From: Octopus bimaculoides
Lineage: Eukaryota
DNA length: 34,023 nt
Assembly: GCF_001194135.2 (NCBI RefSeq)
Contig: NC_068986.1
Span: forward strand, 12,343,007-12,377,029
Direction of reading: 5' to 3'
The notes under the pieces were generated by a model, which worked only from the letters and a program-made list of their open reading frames with translations, searched no databases and was not told the origin of the DNA. Of this stretch, positions 1 through 34,023 are shown piece by piece. Every line of letters begins with the position of its first letter. Position 1 is the stretch's first letter. The translations under genes were made by a program, and so were the position numbers.

Positions 1-231
1 GGAATGCTACTGCTATTTAGCCCCAGGAAACACTGTTTCCAGTTGGTTATGTGACACAAGAGTACTGTGTCCTTGTTTTCAAACAGGGGAGATAAACACC
101 TCCACCCCAGAAAAATGGCAGCAGCATTCTTCCCTCTACTGGGACTGCCACATTAAGTTGGCAACAGACCACCACTTTACCGTGCTGCTACTGTATAAAT
201 CTCTCTGAGAAATTTAGAAATGTAATATTTC

Positions 232-268
<37 letters not shown>

Positions 269-387
269 GCATACATACACATATATGTATATATGTGTGT
301 GTGAGTGTGTATACACAAGCGTTTTATATCGAAAGAATAAGAAAGGAGTGCTCAATACCTGTTGTAGGTGATATATGTATATATATT

Positions 388-393
388 TTTATT
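388..393 (-). promoter_or_regulatory. Candidate polyadenylation signal AATAAA
   Basis: tttatt on + strand, about 210 nt downstream of the protease stop codon; position only, no transcript evidence. Confidence 0.4.
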
Positions 394-603
394 GAAACTA
401 AAATTGAGAGTTTGTTTTGCGATTCGGTTTTAACACAACAGCGATGTTCTGCCGAATTCATTCAACTTATAATACCAGTACTTATACATTTACAACATTG
501 CGGAATTTAATTGTATATAGATATCACACATTAGTACTAAGTCTTGTGCTTCAAATATCGCGTTTTGTACTCAAAGGCGAAGTCAGCCATGTTGTCTTCT
601 CTG

Positions 604-24106
<23,503 letters not shown>

Positions 24107-25183
24107 CGATGTTGCTTTTTTCGCAAATGATGCTTCTCGATTTCTCAGATGATTTAATGTCTGACGTAAAAAATACAAGTTATTGATAAATTAAAGATTT
24201 GTGTGCGTATGTGTGTGTGTGTGTGTATACATGTGTGTATGTTTGTATGTATGTATGTACGTATGTATGTATGTATTATGTATGTATGTATATATATATA
24301 TANNNNNNNNNNNNNNNNNNNNNNNNNNNNNNNNNNNNNNNNNNNNNNNNNNNNNNNNNNNNNNNNNNNNNNNNNNNNNNNNNNNNNNNNNNNNNNNNNN
24401 NNNNNNNNNNNNNNNNNNNNNNNNNNNNNNNNNNNNNNNNNNNNNNNNNNNNNNNNNNNNNNNNNNNNNNNNNNNNNNNNNNNNNNNNNNNNNNNNNNNN
24501 NNNNNNNNNNNNNNNNNNNNNNNNNNNNNNNNNNNNNNNNNNNNNNNNNNNNNNNNNNNNNNNNNNNNNNNNNNNNNNNNNNNNNNNNNNNNNNNNNNNN
24601 NNNNNNNNNNNNNNNNNNNNNNNNNNNNNNNNNNNNNNNNNNNNNNNNNNNNNNNNNNNNNNNNNNNNNNNNNNNNNNNNNNNNNNNNNNNNNNNNNNNN
24701 NNNNNNNNNNNNNNNNNNNNNNNNNNNNNNNNNNNNNNNNNNNNNNNNNNNNNNNNNNNNNNNNNNNNNNNNNNNNNNNNNNNNNNNNNNNNNNNNNNNN
24801 NNNNNNNNNNNNNNNNNNNNNNNNNNNNNNNNNNNNNNNNNNNNNNNNNNNNNNNNNNNNNNNNNNNNNNNNNNNNNNNNNNNNNNNNNNNNNNNNNNNN
24901 NNNNNNNNNNNNNNNNNNNNNNNNNNNNNNNNNNNNNNNNNNNNNNNNNNNNNNNNNNNNNNNNNNNNNNNNNNNNNNNNNNNNNNNNNNNNNNNNNNNN
25001 NNNNNNNNNNNNNNNNNNNNNNNNNNNNNNNNNNNNNNNNNNNNNNNNNNNNNNNNNNNNNNNNNNNNNNNNNNNNNNNNNNNNNNNNNNNNNNNNNNNN
25101 NNNNNNNNNNNNNNNNNNNNNNNNNNNNNNNNNNNNNNNNNNNNNNNNNNNNNNNNNNNNNNNNNNNNNNNNNNNNNNNNNNN

Positions 25184-25234
<51 letters not shown>

Positions 25235-25681
25235 TTGTTATTAATGCAAACAAATTTAAGAATGGAAATGAAGCTGAAGACGCGCAGAATATAAATTAGA
25301 ATTAATTTGAATTCAATTATATTTTAAAATGTAGGAATGCACTTCATCGGTTTCACATTAGATTTTCACAAACTGTATAATCTATGGGGTTACATGACAA
25401 ATTGTGTCTATTCTGGCCGTCGATATAAAAACAGGTTGTTTATAAAGTAGAAATGTGGTTAAGAACGCTATTAAACATCAGCAGGATATCCGGTTGTAAT
25501 CCGCCTAAAACGTAGCTGTAAATTGTTATTGATGATATTATTATCGGTTTTAAAGCGTGGTATTTGATTTGTTCTGGAGATTAACCTTTCATGCAAGAAA
25601 TGATATTGCTATCCAATAATTTTATGGATTCTCGTATCAAATCCACCGCAGTACAGATATATACTCTGTATATATTGTGTA

Positions 25682-26139
25682 CAATAATCTCTCGCCATAT
25701 CGCGGTTCACGTATCGAGGTTTATTATTTAAGCTTACGTCGATTCCACCGTGGTGTTATTTTGCATTTATAATAAAATAAATATATATTGGGGTGGCGAG
25801 CTGGTAGAATCGTTAGCACGCTAGGCGAAATGCTTAGCGGTATTTCGTCAGAGTTCAAATTGCGCTGGGGTCGACTTTGCCTTTCATCCTTTCGGGGTCG
25901 ATTAAATGAGCACCGGTTACGCACAGGGCTCGATCTAATCGACGTAATCCCTTTGTCTGTCCTTATTTGTCCCCTCTATGTTTAGTCCATGTGGGCAATA
26001 ATGAAATAAATGAAACAAATATATACAAATGATAAAAATAAAAAAAATACACAGTACAGTACTGTTTCTACTTCGCACATTTTCAAATATCGCGGGGGGG
26101 AGGTGGAACGTAGCACCCACGATAGTTGAGGGATTACTG
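25682..26139. mobile_element. Tigger/pogo-like MITE with nested SINE
   Basis: TA|CAATAATCTCTCGCCATATCGCGG ... CCACGATAGTTGAGGGATTACTG|TA; terminal 12 nt match 10/12; TA flanks at 25680-25681 and 26140-26141. Confidence 0.7.
25789..26015 (+). mobile_element. SINE family 2 variant (nested in MITE)
   Basis: ggcgagctggtagaatcgttagcacg...gtcgactttgcctttcatcctttcgggg. Confidence 0.8.
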
Positions 26140-26164
26140 TATTGCATATTTCCATTGTGTAAAT

Positions 26165-26348
26165 GGCGTTCTTTTACCTGTTTCAGTCATTTGACTGCGG
26201 CCATGCTAGAGCAACGCTTTAGTCGAGCAAATCGACCCCCAGGACTTATTATTTGTAAGCCTAGTACTTATTCTATCGGTCACTTTTGCCGAACCGCTAG
26301 GTTACGGGGGACGTAAACACACAAGAACTGGCACACAAATATATACAT

Positions 26349-26391
<43 letters not shown>

Positions 26392-26725
26392 AGTAAAAAT
26401 AAATACAAAAAAAGGGGTTTTGTATGATTGTGTATAGAGGAATATATTATTTTGTTTAAAAGAGTTCCAACACTATCTGTTTTTTATGTTTTATTTATAT
26501 TCCTTGTGGTATTTCATATTTTCTATACTTTGTAGTATTTCATCATGGCCGGTATGACACGACGGGCTTCTTTCAGTTTCCGTCTACTAAATTCATTCAC
26601 GAGGCTTTAGTCGGCCCGAGGCTATAGTAGAAGACACTTGGTCAAGGTGCCACTCAGTGGGACTGAACACCGAACCATGTGGTTGGTAAACAAGCTACTT
26701 ATCATACAGCCAGCCACTCCTGCGC
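26165..26725 (-). mobile_element. SINE family 1 with about 170 bp extra AT-rich sequence in its microsatellite
   Basis: Tail 26165-26340 and head 26560-26725 match 5815-6300. Confidence 0.75.
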
Positions 26726-26949
26726 CGAAAACATAATTCCCGCATATTTCTAAATCAAATATGGACGCAAAATCACATAAATGTGAAAACAACCTTTTTG
26801 TTTTTAATTCTGGATAGTTTTAAGTTCTTCAGATAACTCGAAAATGAGCAGAAGCTGGAGATTCGTGAGGTAAGTCAGCGATGGAAATAACACTATTCTT
26901 ATTAATGTGTGGAATCTTAGAGTGAAGGGGAAACTCATACATCAAAATA

Positions 26950-27165
26950 TTGGTTTCAAAATTTGGCAAATGGCCAGCAATTTCGAGGGATGGAGAGGGT
27001 GGCTAGTCGATTCCATCGACTCCAGTTCTCAATTGGTACTTGTTTTATAGTCCCAAAACGATGAAAGGCAAAGTCGACCTTGGCGAAATTTGAACTAAGA
27101 ACGTGGAGATGGAAGAAATGCCGCTAAGCATTTTCCCCGGCGTGCTAACGGTTCTGCCAGCTTGC
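26950..27165 (-). mobile_element. SINE family 2
   Basis: aaaggcaaagtcgaccttggcgaaatttgaact...gtgctaacggttctgccagctt. Confidence 0.8.
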
Positions 27166-27212
27166 CGAATTGTTATACTTGCTGTGATACTAAGTGTTGC
27201 GATGATCCCCAG

Positions 27213-27367
27213 CACTAGCGTAGCCAGAGTGTCTGCTGCTCGGGGCTGCCCTTCCGTTTTCCGAATCCAGACACCACAGAAAGCACATAATGTCTACAGC
27301 AGACTCACAAGTGGTGCCCCTTTAATAGTGCCACCCGGGGTGGACCGCCCCTACCGCTACGCTAGTG
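27213..27367. mobile_element. 155-bp hAT-type MITE
   Basis: Perfect 12-bp TIRs CACTAGCGTAGC (27213-27224) and GCTACGCTAGTG (27356-27367); 8-bp TSD atccccag/atccctag with one mismatch. Confidence 0.85.
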
Positions 27368-27900
27368 ATCCCTAGTTGATTGATTTGACAGAAAAGCTTT
27401 ACCCATCATCACCTTCGTAATTCTAAACATCGTCATATCAGCTTCACAGGAGACTCAATGTTTTTCATTCAACCAACAGAAGAAAATAAAGAAATAATAA
27501 AGGCTTCCAGATCTTGAATATCCCGCATAAATTCATGCATTCGCAAAGCAGTATTCTTCAAGATGTCTGCTGCTCGGGGCTGACCTTCCGTTTGCCGAAT
27601 CCAGACACCACAGAAAGCACATAATGTCTACAGCAGACCCACAAGTGGTGCCCCTTTTATAGTGTCACCCGGGGTGGACCGCCCCTACCGCTACGCTAGT
27701 GATCCCTAGTTGATTGATTTGACAGAAAAGCTTTACCCATCATCACCTTCGTAATTCTAAACATCGTCATATCAGCTTCACAGGAGACTCAATGTTTTTC
27801 ATTCAACCAACAGAAGAAAATAAAGAAATAATAAAGGCGTCCAGATCTTGAATATCCCGCATAAATTCATGCATTCGCAAAGCAGTATTCTTCAAGATGT
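27230..27900. repeat. 334-bp direct tandem duplication
   Basis: Copies 27230-27563 and 27564-27897; six substitutions counted by eye (about 98% identity); TGT microhomology at the junctions. Confidence 0.95.
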
Positions 27901-28900
27901 TGTTCAGCAACTAATCAATGTCACTGGGATTCATTGATTGACGTGAAGAAAATATAAATACTCAGGAAACTGAATTCCTCAACATCGGAAGGACTCACCG
28001 GATTATATGAGTGGAACTCGGAGTATAACGGCATCCTCTCTGTTGGTGCAACCAATGAGATTCGAGATCGCAATTACATATGGTCTAATCTTCTTAACCG
28101 TTTGCCATGTGCCATTACATAACTATGGTTAATCTAAATTATGTAACAGAATTATTGGGGAAATTAAGTCTGTGTGGTGATCGATTTGACGGTTCCAAGG
28201 AATTTAAAATTCTGCAGGTTAATGAACTATTTCTTCCTGATCCACAACACTGTCTATTGATCTGTCGGTTTTGATCTCTAGGTATTGATTTATAGGTATT
28301 GATTTGTAACTATGACTATTTCTTGGAAGCACCGACAGCAGCTGCCAGTTGATGGTATTTCCCAAGCATTTTGCTTTCTGCACACCCACTTGTATATTAG
28401 TTAATGTAGGTTGGAGGAACATTTTCGATATCAATTCTTGAGTTGTAACCATTACACACATAAGAGCTGTGTCGACGGCATCTTTTCTGACGGAAGAGTC
28501 ATTCTTGTTCTGTTTGTAACAAAGTTTTCTTCTAAAACGACGGACAACTATTCATTGAAAAAATTGTCTCTCATGCTTGTAGACAGTTTGATAATTTTAA
28601 CTTCCGTCCACTGAGATGACTATTGGAAGCAAACATGAATATCATCAGTCAGCATTTTGTCTTTTTGGAATCACTAGAAGAGTTTGAGAAAATCACAGTA
28701 GTTCTTTTGTCACTCAAGTCCTGCCCAGTGTTGAACATTCGTTTCCGACACTCATTTGGAATCACTTAAGAACACTGTACAGTTCCTAAATTCTTCGGAA
28801 TGTTGCAAACAGTTGCCTTATTCGTGCCATAGTCTTCGGACAGACGTGTCACAATCTGTGAACTGCCTATAAAAATAGACTGCAGATAGAATGCATCAGA
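27780..28900 (-). mobile_element. Decayed Helitron PIF1-helicase C-terminal region
   Basis: Minus-strand relics CNIPKN, QTLLVIPK..SSQWTEVKIIKLSTSMR, SIDSVVDQEEIVH*PAEFLNSLEPS..PHRL, LCNGTWQTVKK...GCTNREDAVILRVPLI, TSINESQ, HLEEYCF..IYAGYSRSG match Helitron helicase motifs (SIDTV..D..VNYPTEFLNSL.P.G.PPH.L; LCNGTRL; MTINKSQG; CFSHGQLYV..SRV). Confidence 0.88.
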
Positions 28901-29034
28901 GAAGATCGTGGAAGAATTTGGGTTACTGAACATTTGTAAATAGACACCTTGAAAAGATAGTCGATGTTCAACATAAAAGAACCTGTTACCTGTTGTGGAA
29001 CGTAACTAACATGTGTGTATAAAAAGTTCCTTCT

Positions 29035-29235
29035 AATATAGGCACAAGGCCTGGAATTTTTGTGGAAGGGGCAAGTCGATTACATCGATCCCAAATTCTA
29101 CTGGTACTTATTTTATCGACCCCGAAAAAATGGAAGACAAAGTTGTCTCCGATGACAATGTGAATTCAGAGGGTAAAGACGGACGAAATACCGCTAAGCA
29201 TTTTGCCCAGCGAGGTAACAATTCTGTCAACTCAC
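29035..29235 (-). mobile_element. SINE family 2
   Basis: ggcacaaggcctggaattt...tactggtacttattttatcgacccc...gaaataccgctaagcatttt. Confidence 0.75.
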
Positions 29236-30236
29236 CTACTTACAATCATGAATAGTGGCACCACAATAATCCGGATGCCAAACGTCCAACCTTGTTCATT
29301 GTTTACTCAGGAATATTTCTTGGTCAAAGAGATACACTGGTAACACACTGGCAGAAATTCCAACGACAGTAATAACTATAAACGTCGTAGATTTTAAAAT
29401 GCGATACAATTTAAAATATATCTAACCATAGCATTTGAAAATAAAGGAACCTTACTATTATATAAAGTAAAATTTATGCTAGTTTTCTTTACTTGACAAG
29501 TGTCAAAATTTATTACTTCTTTTCCTGTCTGCAAAAGAGAAGTGATTGCTGGTCGTTATAATAATCGTAGAGAAAAAGATAGGACAATAATGTCTGATTT
29601 TATAAGATATATATATCTGCTGAAATAAAATAGTGAACAAGTTGTGAAATTTTCATGACATTTACGTTAGTTATATAGATATATGCTAACGCTTCCAAAC
29701 ACTTGTAATCATTAAGCTTTAACATGAAATAACTCGCACTCTCTGACTAAAATATATTTATTTTATTGAATATAATCAAGGTTATCTCACACGATAGCAT
29801 CGCTCATTCTCCATATTGAAATAAAATACAAAAGCAAAACCTAGTAACAAAAATACTGCAATATTTACCTTGTTTCTCTCCGATCAAAGTTGATTTAACG
29901 TAGTTTACTGTCTTCCCGCCAGCAATGTATCTCTATATTCTGCTAACGAATCACTTCTTTAAGTAGATATTTATTTGATTCCTGTTTGCTAGTTGCTTTT
30001 TGTTTTTGTTCTTATTTGCTTTGAAAATATATGAAATTGTATATGTTTAATGACTTGAGGTAACATGAGTGTTTGCAACATATAAATTAAAGCATCGTGG
30101 TACTTATGAGCGAACACGTATATGTGGGAGCACATGCATGGTGTTTTGGGGTGTGTATGCATGCATATATACACACACACAAACATATATGTACACATAC
30201 ATACATACATACATACATACACATACACACAACACA

Positions 30237-30278
<42 letters not shown>

Positions 30279-31714
30279 NNNNNNNNNNNNNNNNNNNNNN
30301 NNNNNNNNNNNNNNNNNNNNNNNNNNNNNNNNNNNNNNNNNNNNNNNNNNNNNNNNNNNNNNNNNNNNNNNNNNNNNNNNNNNNNNNNNNNNNNNNNNNN
30401 NNNNNNNNNNNNNNNNNNNNNNNNNNNNNNNNNNNNNNNNNNNNNNNNNNNNNNNNNNNNNNNNNNNNNNNNNNNNNNNNNNNNNNNNNNNNNNNNNNNN
30501 NNNNNNNNNNNNNNNNNNNNNNNNNNNNNNNNNNNNNNNNNNNNNNNNNNNNNNNNNNNNNNNNNNNNNNNNNNNNNNNNNNNNNNNNNNNNNNNNNNNN
30601 NNATATATATATATATATATATATATACATTTATATATATATACATATATATGCATGTGTGTATATATATATACATGTATGTATATATATGTGCATATAT
30701 ATATGTATATGTATATATACATATATATAGATACATAAATTATAATACAAGAAGATAGAATGGACAGGTTTTAATGCAAAACCACTACAACCGTTTCTAT
30801 TCATTAGCATCAGCTGTTAATTGCTGAGTGTTTCACGTATTATACACATTCTTGCATTTAATATAATGCAACAATAGTTGTGTGCCCGCACGTCTTCAGT
30901 TGAGTAAGTCCGGCACCGCTGCTGGATCAGCTATAGACTTCCCATTGTTTTATACTCATTTTCTATTCTTAGCATTCCTTTGACAAAGGGCATCACACAA
31001 AGGGATACAAATGATAAAAAATACCTAAAATGAATTAGAGAAAATTAAAACTAAAAATATAACACATAAAATAAACAAACCACAATAAACTGATTGAAAT
31101 AAAAAAATAAAAAATATTAAACTGAAAATAAACAATCCCCTTATTCAACACATTCTTAAGCACAAACATGTCTCGACTTTTACGACTGGTCAACATGTTG
31201 CCGCAGCGGATATTAACGGATTTCCAGTAAAAAGAGTAGTGCTGTCCTAGGATAGCATATGGTAGCCGATACTCGTAGAAGAGCTTCGGAAAGCACGTTA
31301 TAATGTCATTAGCCCGAGGTAATTCAATAATATATATATATGCATATATATATANNNNNNNNNNTGTTTATATATTTGTGTGTGTATGCATATGTGTAGA
31401 TGATATCAGAGCAGAAAAAATAGCTAATATTGTGTTGTAGTTTCATGTTAATAGCGTCGGTGAAAAATTAGTGCTTCTTACGTCAACGATGACACATCAG
31501 TAAAAGGAGTGGAAAATATATATATAATATCTAGATGACTGTTTACTTTTTGATGTCATTGCAAATAGCTGGGAGCTGGACATGAAACGTAAAGATATCA
31601 AACTGTGCATTTATGAACATGACGTGGATACAACCACGCACGCGCTCACACACTCGCGCGCACATGCATAATCATACAGATTTACAATCATATTAATATT
31701 CTAGAATATTTATG

Positions 31715-31746
<32 letters not shown>

Positions 31747-31806
31747 CAGGTGGATGTCGGTATGCACATACCTGTACGTATATATGCATATACTCATTTA
31801 CTATTT

Positions 31807-31865
<59 letters not shown>

Positions 31866-32106
31866 CATATAATATATATATACATATAATGTATATAATA
31901 TATATATACATACATATATATGTATGCATACACGCACTCTCACAAACATATGTATGTATATATACATGAATGGGTAATTTAGAAAGGGACTTAACTCAAG
32001 AGTGCCCATTTGCATTTATTTGAACAACTTAGACAAATACAGGTATATCAAACATCATACAACATAAATTCATGATTTATTACTGTTACTTCTATCTCAA
32101 GGATAG

Positions 32107-32157
32107 AAGTAGTAGTAGTGGTGGTGGTGGTGGTATAATTATTATTATTATTATTAT

Positions 32158-32194
<37 letters not shown>

Positions 32195-32195
32195 C

Positions 32196-32256
<61 letters not shown>
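32107..32256. repeat. (AGT)n/(GGT)n/(ATT)n compound trinucleotide microsatellite
   Basis: Direct reading; explains the poly-S/T/Y pseudo-ORFs in the track. Confidence 0.97.
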
Positions 32257-32258
<2 letters not shown>

Positions 32259-32504
32259 TGAGTGCATGCGCTGTAACAGCGCGTCGCTACACCCACCATT
32301 TGTTGGTGATTCCCTACTACTCCTGGAGTATTCATCTACACCACTTAGCCGAGAGCCCTCCAGCTGCTGGGTCCGTCTGTATAGTCCTTGTCGATGCGAT
32401 GAGGGATTTGCGAGGTCGGAGCACAAGCCTTACCTCAACCTCTTTTAGGTCGCCTTTTACGGCAGGCACAAGAAACACTATGTCTATTCATTGACGGTCT
32501 CCAT

Positions 32505-32625
32505 ACAGCACTAGAGGTACGTGAAATGAATTGTTTTGCCCAAGCATACAACGCGCCGCCAGGTTCGGGAATCGTACCCACGACATGGTGACCGTGAGTA
32601 CAAAACCCAAGTCACGAAGCAACGC
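32505..32625 (-). mobile_element. SINE family 3-like head fragment
   Basis: gtgaaatgaattgttttgcccaagcatacaacgcgccgccaggttcgggaatcgtaccc resembles 23855-23905. Confidence 0.6.
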
Positions 32626-33600
32626 GTCTTCATATGTATCAAAATTACCAAATGCCAATAATCCTTGACATTAACTTTGATGTATAGAATAACTAAAGAG
32701 CTGAGAGAATTTCACAGAATTACTTTCATGCTTCACGACAGGGACCAAACAGTCAGGGCTGAAGGCTTCTTAGTGTTGTTTCTGGATATAAACTCGCTCC
32801 GAAAGGGTTGAAATGGTGATTGGTGATCCTTCATAGGTGATATTATGCCATTAAGCCATTGACTATTTTTGATAGCCTTTATCGCTTAACAACGTGGATA
32901 GAGGACAGGAAAGTTTTATCAATTGCAGCCCACCGCCATGGCATCTAGCTTTATGGACCTCACGACGTACAAATTTGGTTGATTCTGTTTTAGTCAAGTT
33001 TTTCTCTACTGTCACATTTACTGCTGTACTTTCGATGGTTTTTAGACACAATGAGCTTCGTTATTCTGCGTTTCCCTTCAACGAGCTTTGCAATCTGTTC
33101 AGAATTATGCTTGTCGGAGCAAGTTTAACCTTGGTTTTCAATTTCCAACATGATTTTAGGCTCTCAAACTTTTTTTAATATCGCACAAAAAACAAACAAA
33201 AAAAAACAGTAAAACACAAGCTAATTTAGGAAGACGTATTATATTTAAAGAGAGAAGATAATCGGGATTCGCTGAGAGCTGCAGTAGAGAACTGTTATTT
33301 TAGATACTATTTCTCTTGAAATATTGAAAGATTCAGCAGTTTAAGTCCTTGAAGTTGTATTCATCTGCACTTTAACGCTTTTTGCACTTTGGAAGTCAGA
33401 TATTTAGATATGAATATAAGCAAAAAATTTTTTAAATGTATAAATGGTTGAAAAGCAAAACAGAAGGCTTATATCAAGGCATACAAAATAGCTAAGAACA
33501 GATTTATAGAGTCTTGGATGGTTGTGTATTTATGATATTGACAATAAACAAATAGTTAAATACAAGAAAGTTGTTATATTGCTTTTATCAACCCCTGTAT

Positions 33601-33806
33601 ATTCTTTTATTCTTTTACTTGTTTCAGTCACTTTAGTGCAGCCATGCTGGAGCACCGCCTTTAGTCGAATAAATCGACCGCAGGACATATACTTTGTAAG
33701 CCTAGTACTTATTCTATCGTTCTCATTTACCGAACCGCTAGGTAAGGGGACGTAAACACACCAGCATCGGTTGTCAAGCTATCGTGGGGGACAGATACAG
33801 ACACAT

Positions 33807-33855
<49 letters not shown>

Positions 33856-34005
33856 AGACGGGCTTCTTTCAGTTTCCGTCTACAAAATCCGCTCACAAGC
33901 TTTTGCTCGCCCCGTGGCTATAGTAGAAGACACTAGCTCAAGGTGCCATGCAGTGGGACTGAACCTAGAACCCTGTGGTTAGGAAGCAAGCTTCTTACCA
34001 CACAG
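33601..34005 (-). mobile_element. SINE family 1, complete ungapped copy
   Basis: Tail 33601-33790, internal (CA)n, head 33855-34005; template for the 5815-6300 and 26165-26725 copies. Confidence 0.88.
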
Positions 34006-34023
34006 TAACACATACATATATAC

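Noticed and set aside
1-185. Probable tail of another repeat at the window start
   Set aside because: Truncated by the window edge with no second copy inside the window, so it cannot be classified.
25470-25510. RITTGYPA, resembling a protease activation motif
   Set aside because: Followed by an in-frame stop two codons later with no donor; coincidental.
32048-32494. Poly-Ser/Thr/Tyr ORFs
   Set aside because: Translations of the (AGT)n array.

Overview
AT-rich, microsatellite-dense animal draft sequence with nine N gaps. It is most likely octopus/cephalopod, inferred from the style of its tRNA-derived SINEs and CA/TA-rich repeats and not proven. One intact protein-coding gene can be rebuilt by hand on the minus strand: a six-exon secreted S1-family (chymotrypsin-fold) serine protease. 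Its CDS is 24106-24034, 20419-20251, 17672-17542, 6952-6821, 2485-2331 and 798-604 (855 nt, 284 aa, all introns GT-AG, phases 1,2,1,1,0). It has a signal peptide, an R|IVNG activation site, a complete His/Asp/Ser triad, a Ser189 (non-trypsin) pocket and an unusual extra Cys25/Cys117 pair. Introns and flanks hold several SINE families, decayed RTE, R4/Dong-like and Penelope retroelements, a Buster-type hAT transposase relic, hAT and Tigger-like MITEs, a Helitron helicase relic and a 334-bp tandem duplication. The most unusual signal is four minimal hammerhead-ribozyme-like folds in Penelope-type ends. One of them (about 4350-4616) is joined to a tRNA-like pol III head, suggesting a SINE carrying a hammerhead that may be mobilised by Penelope-like elements. 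Repeat coordinates are approximate unless TIR/TSD boundaries are given.
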